DNA of 63,641 nucleotides, filler included, from Octopus bimaculoides (lineage: Eukaryota), in the NCBI RefSeq assembly GCF_001194135.2. It is 6 parts of 5 records of this genome, joined end to end, with 100 filler letters (N's around TTAATTAATTAA, not from the genome) between each part and the next. Parts side by side here need not be neighbours in the genome. Positions count along the whole stretch, not along the records: positions 21,553 to 32,676 come from NC_068982.1; positions 32,777 to 41,740 come from NC_068993.1; 4 more parts are not named here. One strand, written 5' to 3'. This document shows positions 24,713 through 37,420 of this stretch, one piece after another. The notes below the pieces were generated by a model that saw nothing but the letters and a program-made list of their open reading frames with translations, was not told where the DNA came from and ran no database searches. A program made the position numbers and the translations under genes. Numbering within the stretch: position 1 is the first letter of the stretch; the number at the start of each line of letters is the position of its first letter.

Positions 24713-25960
24713 CACAGCACGCATCTAAGCTACCCATATTTTGTAGCAGGATTCTGCTAGCTAGTCCAATATAACTTTGTTATTAAACACACACACTAAT
24801 GAATGCAGTATGCCGGTGTGTTGATATGTGTGCATGTGCTTCCGTGCGCATGTGTGTGTGATGGGTGGAGTACGTGCGTGCGTTAAAAAGCGATTCTTGG
24901 AGTTTTAACTAGTTATGTTTGGCTAAGAAAACTGTGTAGACTAATTAGAACAGACGTGTAGCTGAATTACACGGAAGAACTGCACGGATAACTGAAGTCT
25001 ATAAACATTAATATCATAATCTGTTTGTTAACAACCTTAACAAACAAAATTAGATTTGGTCTCCAAGACATCGGCAATATGCCATATTCTTCACATATCC
25101 GTTTGTAATTCTATTAATTAAGCATCAGTTGTTGTTTTGTGCTTGCTTGTTGATTTTTTATATATTTTGGTGTTTAGAAGAGGATTTTTTTTTTTTTTTA
25201 GAAAATGAAGATATCACCAGAACCACTAGGTTGATGATGGTTAGTATCGAAAAAAAATGGTCTTCTCCCACGAAGAGTCTCCCAAAATGTTGATATCTAC
25301 TACGCATCATATTCCACAAGATGCTTCTTCAATATTCCAGTTATAGCCATCATAACATTTTTATTTGTAAAGTTGAATCTAGGATTACTTTATCTGAATT
25401 GTCTCTTTATTATCAATACGGGTGTATTTTCATGGAGATTTCACGACTATTTGTAGAAGATTAAGCGACCAGACCTTTGTTCAAAGGTGTTCTAAATGGT
25501 ACCATTCGAGTTCCTGTTTTTTTTTCTTTAGGTATATGTGTATCGAGGAATATATATACTGAGTGTATCGTTCAGTTTTTAAACGGTATGGTGTGGTTCA
25601 AGGAAGATTTGGTTACTATTCTAGCAGGTCGAACGACTGCATAGAGACCTCTCTTTTCAGTGTTATATTGCTAGGCAGGCAATTCAATTCTCAACTCAAA
25701 GAAAGCACGTATGCATTGAAGTATATTCTAATGTGCACCGACCGACGTGAGTGAACACCAATATATGCATCACGTGCATTCTTCTGCTGAACACTTAACA
25801 GCATATACGAATGAATGTCACGTTTGTAATATTCCTTACTTCTTGTCATTGCAACTAATTATCTTCAGTAACATCTCTATGATGTAACAGCAACGAAAAC
25901 AGCCATCATGCACTTCATGCATTTTCTTAATTCACTGCTGAACTTCGGGTAATAGCATAC

Positions 25961-25983
25961 CTTAACACTTCGTGAACAATTAT
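25961..25983 (-). CDS. Candidate 23-nt coding microexon (unverified)
   Basis: Acceptor ataactgcatttcAG and donor AAG|GTATGC. In phase with the 26322-26411 candidate, giving ..TG-N-NCSRSVK. Confidence 0.25.
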
Positions 25984-26321
25984 CTGAAATGCAGTTATAA
26001 TACACAATAATATGCCCAAATGTTGATTATATGTTCCTCTTACTACTGTACATTACAGCCATTTGTAATACGTTATGAGTCATTTCTAAGATATAACTAA
26101 TCGATAACATATCCCAATATATTTTGTTATTCCTTTTATTTCATAATATAATATAGTTCTTTTTTTATCTTCACTTCCTTCTCCTGTATTTTCTTTTTAA
26201 ATTTCTCACATATCTTTGCTAAAATACTTGTTTCCCATATTATTATGCATATATCAAACATTAAGTTCTCTGTGATCAACTATACAAAGAATCATAAACA
26301 GTTCTATGTTACATAATTTAC

Positions 26322-26411
26322 TCCCCGTCTTCAGTTGCTTCTCGTGTCCGGCAATCTCAATTTCTTCCTGACTGGGTGGTTCTCCCATATTGAAGGCGTT
26401 GAAAACCACTC
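26322..26411 (-). CDS. Candidate 90-nt exon, open frame VVFNAFNMGEPPSQEEIEIAGHEKQLKTG (unverified)
   Basis: Long polypyrimidine acceptor cttttccttgtcttttttctttatAAG|G and donor GGA|GTAAAT. GC-rich relative to its flanks. ATG at 26388 is in good Kozak context (aatATGG). Protein not recognised. Confidence 0.35.
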
Positions 26412-26439
26412 CTTATAAAGAAAAAAGACAAGGAAAAGT

Positions 26440-26670
26440 CGGCGATAGGAACGGTTTTTGTTGTTTGCGTCATTCGTTCTTTAAGTTTTTCTTCAACTGT
26501 TGTTTCTACATTGACTTCAAAAAGGTCGCTTCCGTGGGTAATAGTGTTATGCTAGTTGGAGCGGCCTTTGCTTCAGTTTCCCAAACAGATACATAACAGG
26601 TAAACACACGCATTACTATGTGAAAGTGAGTGATCAGGGGCGGACTGATGACGCAAAAATAATGGATAGG
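26440..26670. promoter_or_regulatory. Possible promoter-like CpG-containing stretch
   Basis: GC box ggggcggac (~26637) next to tgatgacgca (CRE/ATF-like), with a local excess of CpG. Motif evidence only. Confidence 0.25.
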
Positions 26671-26707
26671 CAACTAACTTGTACAACTAACAGCTGCTCT
26701 CCCTCTT

Positions 26708-26817
<110 letters not shown>

Positions 26818-26959
26818 ACACACATACACACTCACACACGCCATTCGAAATGAAGACAAAAGTAAAATTACAATCTTTGAAAGTTATTCACACTTCCAAA
26901 ATTATCTCCCTTATTCAGTCAATGATTCAACTTTTTATTGTATTTATCATACAAACATA

Positions 26960-27335
26960 GAATATTGATTTCTCACGGAGTCAGAGGGTTTGCGGAGGGG
27001 TGCAGTCGAATAGATTGGTTCCAAGATTCTAGCAATGCCTCCTCCATTATCTTCAAACTGTGCACCTTAAAACTAGCCTCTAGCCTCACAAAACTTTTCA
27101 ATTACGGTCTCTTTCTTACACTCTCTCTATAAGGATATATCCCGATATTTTTAAATACGAAACAGTGTATCACATTCCCAAGAAGTGCAATCTCTTTAAC
27201 CCTACTGTCAATCATCTCATCGCTATCGATTCCAACGTATTAATGGTGAGAGACATTAGTAACAACCTTCTCCAATAGTTTTAATCTCTCTTCTTTCTTT
27301 CAATTAACTAAAACTCTTCAAGCCAGTATCCCTTC
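26960..27335 (+). pseudogene. CR1/Jockey-type RT N-terminal fragment
   Basis: SIIFKLCTLKLASSLTKLFN / YPDIFKYETVYHIPKKCNLFNP..IAIDSNV..ISNNLLQ, a decayed version of the K.CA.EL...L..LFN..FP..WK...V.PIPKKG..NP.NYRPI motif. Confidence 0.7.
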
Positions 27336-27407
27336 ATGGCTGCCGTCCAGTGACTGACATCAGTCAAATAAATATCAAAGATCTGTGTATGTACTATGTA
27401 TATATGT

Positions 27408-27408
27408 G

Positions 27409-27496
<88 letters not shown>
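27408..27496. repeat. (TG)n microsatellite
   Basis: Direct inspection of the sequence. Confidence 0.97.
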
Positions 27497-27504
<8 letters not shown>

Positions 27505-29227
27505 ATGTGTGTGCGTGTATGTGAATATGAGCGTGTATTTGTATGAATTGTAATGGAAAGGATCGTGCGAAAAGGGACAGAAGAAAGGGACCTAAATATA
27601 TATATGTCCATTATATTGAAACTGCACTCATCTATAACTATTTTATTGACAAACCAACGCGAGAGCCAAATTTCTCTCAAATCACATTCTAATGTCTTTA
27701 AAAAGTGACGCGGAGAAGAATACTATGACTAATAAAATCCTTGATACACCAAAAAGGACGAATGGCTTATGACTGTACACCTTAAATCGTGAGTAGGCTC
27801 TATTAGGACTGATATGGAGTAAAAGCACAACAATAACCTAACAATGGAGCTTACTGTTGTCCGGTAAAGAATCGCAGTTATATTCCCCTCGTATCATATC
27901 CCCACCCTACACCTTAAGAGATGAGGAAAAACACATTGGATAATACATCAAGAAAAATTGGACAGTTAGCCTTTAATGTCTTCGATCATAGGTTTGTTCT
28001 ATCTTGGGTCTAAACAAAACGATGTACTACGTTCGGTTTCGATCCTTCTGTGTCTTCGGGATTAATATGTTACTTCACTATATGATGTCTGTCAATTCTT
28101 CGATTCCCATTAACTAATCTTATCGATTAGCTATCATTATAATTGTCAAATAAAATGATACGTTTCATTTGTTTGTTTGTTTGTTTGTTTTATTCATCCA
28201 TCTTATCAGTAACCAGTCAATTCTTATATTTTATTACATTTAAAACTGAATTCTTAATCCATGTGGCTGTCACTCTTTCCCATTAAAACTTTCATCTATT
28301 TTATAAAATATTCTTTCATTAAAGTTACTTGAAAGCGAAGAGCAGCACCCATGACTTTTTCACATAGAAGGTGAGTGAGAAAGAGTGGCAATTATACTCA
28401 ACCTAGAGACCCGGGTCAAATGCTTGCGATAGAGTGGTCTCCGCTAAAGGCACCCAAGAGCCGGATACTTATTTCAAACGGAGATGGAGACAACTAATGT
28501 CTACTTTATAATAAAAAAGAAACAGGAATAGTCCTTCAGACGATTTCCACGAAATTTTATATCGAGCAAATCTCCCTCATAAGGGTTTGCTAAACTCGTA
28601 AAGGCTGAAGACCTTTTTCAAAAGTGCTCTGAGATTGAACCTAATGTCACGTAAGATTATAAATTAAACATTTTGATTAATACTTACTTAAAAGTGCATT
28701 GTTGTTATATCCATCTTATCAATAACCAACCAGTGATGCACTTTTATTACATTTAAAACTGAATTCTTAACTTAATCCATATGCCTATCATCCGTCTCAT
28801 TATTTTTTCCCTTTACACATTTTCATTAGAACTTTTAAAACGTCCTTTTAAAGCTTCTAATTTTATATCTTGGGTTGTTTGGATTTTCAAGAAATTTTTT
28901 TTTTTTTTTTTGGTATTTCTTTGATTTATTTTGAAAAAGCACTTTATTTCAATCTCAACTACACACATTTGACGTTTATGGAATGTTTTATAACTGCCAA
29001 GATTCAATCGTAAAGAAAAATATGCACGTAAGCTAAAATACAGAAAACAAAATAACAAAAACGCGATTAAATTCTAATCACTTGTTAGCAAATTAAATAG
29101 TGTGTTCAAATATAATATACACTTAGGCATGTGAATTGTATAAAACTACTTCTTGAAAATGTGTAACTGGATACCAGCAGTTACATAATGTGGTTAAATA
29201 ATAGTAATACTGAACTATATATATATA

Positions 29228-29584
29228 GGCGTAGGAATGGCTATATGGTATGAAGCTTGCTTCTCAACCACATGGTTCCGGGTTCAGTCTCACTACGTAG
29301 CACCATGGGCAAGTGTTTTCTACTAAAGCCTCATGCCGACTGAAGCCTTGTGAGTGGATTTGAAGGACAGAAACTGAAAAGAAGCCTGTCATGTGTGTGT
29401 GTGTGTGTGTGTCTACCTCGATCGCTTGACAACCGGTGCTGGCTTGTTTACGTCCCCGTAACTAAACAGTTTCGGCAAAAGAGACCGAGAGAATAAGTAC
29501 CGGGCTTTAAACGTGACTAAAACCTTTCAATGCTGTGCCCCAACATGTCCGCAATCTAATGACTGAAACAAGTAAAAGATAAAA

Positions 29585-29585
<1 letters not shown>
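29228..29585 (+). mobile_element. SINE family B, complete (head + internal (TG)n + tail)
   Basis: ggcgtaggaatggct..ggttccgggttcagtc head; aaagaagcctgtc-(tg)n; cgcttgacaaccggtgctgg..gactgaaacaagtaaaaga tail. Confidence 0.92.
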
Positions 29586-29633
<48 letters not shown>

Positions 29634-31659
29634 AGAATCCAAGAAGACTGATAGTAATCGACAACAAGACTTTTAGCATCTGAAGAAAGAGTGCAGGAAC
29701 TTTGACAGTACATTTTTATTTCAGCTAAGAGTATTTTTGTGAATTTAACAAGCAAGAACAATGAACCTGAAATATACTATATAAAGGCAAATGTAAATGA
29801 TATTTCATAAATGTGTTGTATTTTAATATTATAACCATAACTATAAACAAACTGCTTCTGTATATGCGATTGTGTTTTATCAGTGTACTTATAGATGTGA
29901 TTTCACATGCATGTCCAAAACCCTAGCTGTAATTATGTTAATCTTTATCATTTGATAGATTCATTTTGATATTTTGATGCGATTTTTTTTTCTATTTCAA
30001 ATAATTAAACATATGCTGCAATGAACTGTTCCTCTAAACTAGCAAACCAATATATTCTATGGAAGGTTAGCTTTAGTACAGAATAAAAAATTTTTAATGC
30101 TTCGTCTAACTTTTTTTGTTCCAGTTCCCAAACACACATAAATATGTATAAATACTTTATTGAATTAAGGCATAGCCCTGTGGTTAATAAGCCGCTTTGC
30201 AGCTGTGTGCTTTAGTGTTCGATTCCGTTTGATCCCGCATCCACATTATTTCTATCTCTTGCCGTCTCACTCCTTTTCAATCTCTTTGTATTTTTCTCTC
30301 TCTTGCGTGTGTGATCGTGGGAATGTTTTGCAGCCTCACTGTCTATCATAGACTCGGAATACAATATAAACAGCTCCTTTGATGACAAAAATCGCAGAAA
30401 TCATTCTGAGATTTAGGCTACAGAAAGCTTTGCATTTGCACAATACGGGCGAAAAATAAACTCTACCAAATATTGTTCGTTATCAGATTTAAAATTATGG
30501 TTAACATAGTCACGTGATACGCAGAAGTAGACAGACCATTGTGAGTCGACATTTGTGCATAATTTTGGAAGTGAAATGGTGAAATAAGTCTCAGTCGTCA
30601 TATGATAAACAAAGTAGATCAGGCTGAGGAGCGAAGTTTTTTGACAAGCTGAAAACCCTCGATCGAATAACACCGTATACAAGACGCTATGCTTGGAATG
30701 ACCAATTATAAACACTATTGGAACTCACACACAAGGTACAGGAAACTTATATATATACACCACTCTGCTTAATTAATGGAACTGCAGATACAATATCCTT
30801 ACGTGTCTCACTCCAGTTTTCATTCCTCCACTTCACTCTGCATTTTATATCTTCTCTATAATAACTATTACTTAAACATTTTCCCGCACCGTCTCTCATG
30901 AAGGGATATATAAAATATCCCAGAAACAGCTGTAAGACCTTCTCTTTATAAGTGTTCTGAAAACATTCACAGCCTTGGATTTTTTTTATCTCATTCTGTT
31001 TATATATATATATATATATATTGTCCACCAATTTACGCTCACGAACATTGCTCGTCTCAAAGCTACAGTAAAAGGTACTTGTTCAATGTAATGTGCAGTG
31101 GGGTCAAACACAAGCGTACGTGATTGCTAGACGAAATTTTAAACTACAAAACTATGTTGTAATTCCTGCGATTCATTCATATATGCTAGAGTGCATTTGG
31201 AAACTGGAAAAAAAGCAAACGTTAGACCTAGCATTAAAAATATAAGATTCTGCACTAACGATAAACTTCACTAGAACATAGTCGTTTGCTTGTTTTAGAC
31301 CAATAATTATTGCGGCAAATGTTTGATCATTTGCAATAGGAAACAAAAATAAAACTGAACAGCAAAACATAAAAATGATCCTACCAAATTATAAAGATTA
31401 ACATAACTTCAGATAGTGTTCTGAACGTAAATGTGACGTCATTAGCTCACTTACGAATGGTTGTAATGTTGGTTTTCGATTTTTGAAATTTCCTTGCATT
31501 TTTTTTTCTTCTTTCAATCGACCAATTACTACTTCGCATCTTAAGGCATCCCGCTGCCTTCATTCGTCTTCTCTCTTGTACGAATTCACGAGGGAAGTAT
31601 ATTTGTTTGTATCGTCATATGTTGATCAATATTTATGAATTTCAGATGATATAGAAACA

Positions 31660-31820
31660 TGCACTTTATAAATATATATATATATATATGTATGTATGTA
31701 TGTATGTACGTATATATGTATGTATGTATATATAGACATATATATACACACACGCACATATGTATATATATATATTTATTTATATGCATGTATGTATGCA
31801 TGTTTGGTTTTACATATGTG

Positions 31821-31856
<36 letters not shown>

Positions 31857-32628
31857 CATGTGTCTTTGTGTGTATGTAAATATAGACATATATGCACGTA
31901 GGTAAGTATGTATTTCTATGGGCTGGAAATAGAAATATAATATGGCGAGACACATGTGTAGGAATACGTACATAAATGCATATATCAATGCGTTTGCACT
32001 TAGCAATACATACGTTCACATACACAGATACGCACGCACGCACACACACACACACACACACACAGATTCTTAAATTCATACATTTATGAATTCCATAGAA
32101 ATCTTATTAAATTACATAATTTATGTATTTATGCAAATACCTGTATATGCATCAGCATATATGTGTATACATTATGTCTATCTGTCTCAGCACGTGTGTG
32201 TACATGTGCAGATCTTCGAATATATGTATGTGTATATAGTATGTATGTTTAACTGTTGGTATTAATGCACACAAATGTGCACATTGTATGCACGTATGTT
32301 TCTAAGTATGCGTGTATATGTCTACATATATGCAAGTATATGTGTATGTATGTACGTATGTATGTATTTATGTATGTATGTATGTATGTATGTATGTATG
32401 TATACAACTAATGTGTGAGTGTAAAATGTATACCTATATATCAGCGTGTGTGTGTGTGTGTGTGTTTCTTTCCTTCCATATACGGATGTATGGATGTAGG
32501 AATGAATAGATGGATAGATGCAGGCATGTATGTTTTTATGTACCTATGTATGCACATTTGTGTTTGCATATGCTAGATTACATATCTGTATATATGTACG
32601 TAAACACGTGCGCACAAATACACACAAA

Positions 32629-32676
<48 letters not shown>
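31660..32676. repeat. Extended TA/TG/TATG low-complexity block
   Basis: Direct inspection. It is the source of the YI/CV/HT-rich spurious ORFs. Confidence 0.9.
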
Positions 32677-35149
32677 NNNNNNNNNNNNNNNNNNNNNNNN
32701 NNNNNNNNNNNNNNNNNNNNTTAATTAATTAANNNNNNNNNNNNNNNNNNNNNNNNNNNNNNNNNNNNNNNNNNNNATATAAAAAATGTGGATCATCTTG
32801 TTGAAATACACAAAATTCAGTAGTGTTATAAGTGATCGATAAGCAATGTGGATCAACAAAGGTTAAGTAGAAAAACAAGTGAGAAATGAAGATAGTAAAA
32901 AAAGGGCTTTGTTTACAGTTTCTGTGATTCTTTTTCCGTCGTGTGCATGGACTTTCGCTTGTAACGGCGTTTTTTGGAATCCGGTGTATTTATAATTTTT
33001 TTCCGTAAACGGATCTTAATTTTGATTCGTTAAAGTACTGGTGACGTCTTATTTTTCTGGCAGTCAAGTTTGTCGTCTTGCCTGGTTGGCTTTCCTGTGG
33101 AGAACGATCATCAGCTGTTCCAGTTGGTTGATTCTCTTCAAGGTTCATTTCGTTGTATTTATTGCAGTTCGGTTTTGATCTGAGGTAAAATTTCATTGAT
33201 TTGGAGTTAGGTGAGATCAGCAACTGTTGTTTGTATGTTATTGAATGATGATTTGGAGTTGCGATTAGGAAATCCGCATGGAAGACTGTTACTAAAGTTT
33301 TTTTTAATTATGTCTGTTGTATCTGGTTATATATATATATTTTTTTCTTTTTTTTAATTTTTTTTTAAGAAAAGCAACAAAAGTTCAATAGGTTATAGCA
33401 GTACGTACGTTTCGTACAAACTTCATTTATTTATGTAGTGAGAACACCACATAAGATGTGCAATGAAAATGTACTCCTCAGCTGCATAATGGAAGTTCAT
33501 TTTAGAAAGTCATTTTGTAGATGTGTGCAAAAACAAGAGTAAGAGAAGAAGAAAATACCATCTTGATTGGGCTGCCAATCAACAGTCTAGTGAATCAAAC
33601 AAGAATTTAATTTCTATATATTCTATATATTCAACGGCAGCTTGAAATGAGTTCGAATCCTTTGATTTGTGTTTGCCTTTCATCGGTCATGCTTCAATGC
33701 TGCCACAGTTTCAAATGCCTCAAAAGAAGTCTAATATATTACGTTGGTACATCATCCAACAACACCTCAACGTGCAATATACGACTCAGCGAAAATACAT
33801 TGAGAAGCTGCTTGCACCGACACAATAGTTCATTCTGTCGGCACATGTTGGGGAAAAATACTGCACATTCCAAATACATTTGGAAATCAAAGGATTCAGA
33901 AATGAGTAAAAGTACAGCATGGATAATTACAGACAGTGTAATAGCATGCAGAAACTGATCCAATATTTCTAATAATGTTCTTTTGAGGTGTTGTCTATCG
34001 TTGTTATCATTTCATTAGCCAATTCGTTGGCTGGTTTATTTTTCATTGGTCGGCGTCGCTAGTGTGTACCTTTATATTGATTTTTTAAATTCTCTTTTCT
34101 TGAACTTTCTTTCCAGGAATTGTTTATCTGAACGTGGTTTCTCATTCAGTTCAGCAGTTATTCAGCCTCTGTTGGTTGATTGTATAATTGAATCTTGTGT
34201 CTTGTTTTTCCAGAGTTGTTTATCGCTTATTTAATTATCAGTTAAATAGTTGACCTCTATCCATTTTGCTGATTACTTCATTCACACGCTCTTTCGTTAC
34301 ACTTGCCAATAGATCTAACATCTAAATTATTATTTTATACCTAAAGTCAATAAAGATGTTTTTGATAGACTCAACAATAGTATCTGATGTCTCAAAAATG
34401 TCTATCTTTACCGCGGGTTAATATGTTTTGTTTCATTTCATTCTGCTGCTGCTGCTGCTGTTGCTGCTAGTGGTTGTACTCCCACAGCTAACTTCAATAC
34501 TGTTGCTGCATCTGATGTTTACCTTGTTTGCAGCTTATACTAGTTTTTATAAATAAATTTGTATTGGTGACTGTAACGTGATATAACCTATTTTTTTCTG
34601 TTCAGCAAGCGTAACCGATATGTATGTGTACGTGCACGCGCGTTTGTGTGTGTGTACACGTACATAACATCTACTGGAGTAAAAAACGTTGGGTGCATTG
34701 TAACTACGTATGCATGTCAACAAGAATAAACACTGAGATGATACATATACAACATGGTAGATGCAGAGTTTTGTACGGTTGTATTTGATACATTTACATA
34801 CACGTATATGTATGTGTACTTTGATTACTGAATATATATACATATATATATATATATGCATACAAACACAAACACACACAAAGTCACTCACACACACACA
34901 TACACAGATATATATTATTGCTCTTATACACTCATATGAAATAGGATTCTTTAAATGTCTGCTCAATCAGCGGAAGCAAGATAAATGCAACATCGCGTAC
35001 CCATACGCATGCGCACGTACACACGCACTCCTCACGTTTTGGTGACGTTGAACCAAAGGCAGCAATCATTCTGCTTTATAGAACATTATATTTAATACTT
35101 TTTGAAGTTTTTCCCTACTGCAATAGGTTTAATATCTTTAAGCGTTAAT

Positions 35150-35310
35150 ATATGATATTGTGGTTTCAGATTCTGCCAAGGTCCACTTTGCCTTTCATGC
35201 TTTCGGGGTCGTTAAAATAAGTGCCAGCTGAGCAGTGGGGTCGATTTAATCGATTCAGCCCTTCCCACCAAAACTGCTGGCTTTGTGCCAACATTCAAAA
35301 CCAATATATG
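35150..35310 (+). mobile_element. SINE family A, 5'-truncated
   Basis: actttgcctttcatgctttcggggtcgttaaaataagtgccag core plus tail. Confidence 0.85.
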
Positions 35311-36112
35311 ATATTGAGGTATATGGAAATTGTACCTAACATCAAAATATTAACCATTTCCTGCATTAAATTATGATTTTTGTATTGAATTTAAACTCAT
35401 TTATCATTTTTTCCTATATTTAATAATTAATGATTATAGTCTTAATGTTGTGGGTGGAGTCCGGCTGACCCGGCTTTTTCTACCGTTGTTCTACATAAAT
35501 ATGTGATTCATCATTTGGTTGAACACGTGGTTGATCACATATGCGGCCGTTTTGTTGAAGATATCCGTTATTATCGTCAAACATCTAGGGGATGGGTTGC
35601 CTTTGTTTTTGACCCACAAAAAATTTGGGATTTAATAGCAGCTTGAAGTGAGTTCGAATCCTTTACTTTGCATTTGCCTTTCGTATGGCATATCTCTATT
35701 CTATGTTGCAGCATTCCTTATATTAAAAAGACCGACCGACTTTTGACATTAAAAGTTTTTATGCAGAAATCTATAGACCTATGTGGAGGAAACTAAAATT
35801 CGTTCAATACTTCGAACAAGATTCAAATCAAACAACTATTAATAATGTTTTCAATTGTTGGCTTTTTCTTAAGACTGTTTTCTTTGACGTCAAATTTGTT
35901 TTCTTGCCCTCCATTTCAAATATTTCATTCAGTCACTTTCCTTTATATGAACGTAAGCTTTTATTCTTAGAATCTACGCTTTAGCTTGTTACCATTATAA
36001 TTCCGTGTTTGTATCATGTATTTTCCACATTTTTTACACTACAATGCACATTCTTTATGGTTTTCTTCAAACCATCCAAACAAGGAGAATCCAGTAATGG
36101 CAGCTCAGCAAG

Positions 36113-36205
36113 TACCGTATTTTCTAGCACACAGAATATATAAGTCGAGGGAGATTTTCCAATCAAAAACTCAGTGTTTAAGTCTATACTCATCGTATAA
36201 GTCGA
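36113..36205 (+). mobile_element. Possible orphan Tc1/pogo-type terminus
   Basis: TA|CCGTATTTT start with subterminal tataagtcga repeats at 36139 and 36196. No matching far end was found. Confidence 0.4.
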
Positions 36206-37059
36206 CCTTCTTTCTCCCGACGAACCATTCTACCAGAGATTTTTCTTTGAAGGTATCTTTTGACCGGATTGGTATTTTTGACAAAAGAGAAGTTCGCAAC
36301 AGGATGAAAAAATCGAAATAAAAACTCAACTTTCTATTTGAAATAATGTCAAATTATTTCAACTTTAATATTTGCCTTTATTTACGATCATAATCGCACA
36401 TCAATATGAATGCAAAGTATGAAGAGAATTAATAGTTAACTAAAATGTTTGCTATATACCGTCATGGCGGATATGAGGTGTAAACATTCAAATATTGTAA
36501 CTATCTTTCCAAATCCTGCTGCATTTCACATGATGTTTTTGTTCGCTTTTTTTTTTTTTGCTGTAAATTTTGGTCCGAAAAACTTAACTTGTATAGTAAC
36601 TTATATAGTCTGGATTATTTCATTGTCACAAAAAGATGATTCTACATACCCCATATTACTCGGATGTCTTTGTTTAAGCCAAATTCAAAGCGAAGGCGAA
36701 TAAGATAATTCTATCAATTGCCCTCACATTATCTTCAATTTATCAACCTTTAATATCAGCAAAATAGCTGGTAGGAGGGACAATACCTCAAGGAAGCGTC
36801 CAGTTTATTAAATACACATACAGCGGGGGTTTTATATTTGTAATCATCAGAGTAATTAGTAGCAATTAGTAGATAATAATAACCTAGCAGTTTAAGTAAG
36901 GCAAGAATACATATAATGTAGTCCTATATACTACTAAAATACAAGATAATCATGACTAGAATGCTTTTAATTATAGGACTGATTGATCAAGGTTAACATT
37001 TATGCTAACTCACTGTCCTTAACATACTTCTAATTGCTTGACTTCAATCACCTCAAAAT

Positions 37060-37420
37060 AACAAAGCTTGCTTCGATTTACTAAAGCGATATTTTCGTCA
37101 TTTTACTTCACTAGAAAGAGACGTAAGTTACTTCACTTAACTAGGACGAGGCTTCCATTACCTCACTAGAGAGCGGCATCATTTCTACAAAATCGAGGCT
37201 AGTGTCACTCCATGCGAACGAGGTTTGCGTTGCTTCATTAGTGTGATTTGCGTCACTTAAATCGAACGAGATTTAGTATCAATTCACTGCTACAGGGCTT
37301 CAGTCACATAATACGAGTCCTATGTCTCTTCATAAGGACATAGTATCAATTATTTCAAAGCAAAACTTGCGTGATTTCAATAGAGCAAAGGTCACCTCAC
37401 TTTAGCAGAACTAAGCAAAT
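37060..37420. repeat. Highly degenerate ~25-bp minisatellite
   Basis: About 13-14 units approximating (c/t)acttcactagaacgaggcttgcgt. Confidence 0.6.

Noticed and set aside
30413-30715. 100-aa minus-strand ORF, GTCACGTGAT E-box and a plus-strand GTGAGT donor
   Set aside because: No homology is recognised. The plus-strand exon candidate (30487-30540) has stops in all frames. A single motif is not evidence.
31434-31441. Perfect CRE palindrome TGACGTCA (another at ~35885)
   Set aside because: One or two 8-mers in 63 kb is within chance expectation without other data.
37060-37420. Possible CRISPR-like array
   Set aside because: Eukaryotic context, no invariant repeat alternating with unique spacers, and no cas genes. 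Treated as a degenerate minisatellite.
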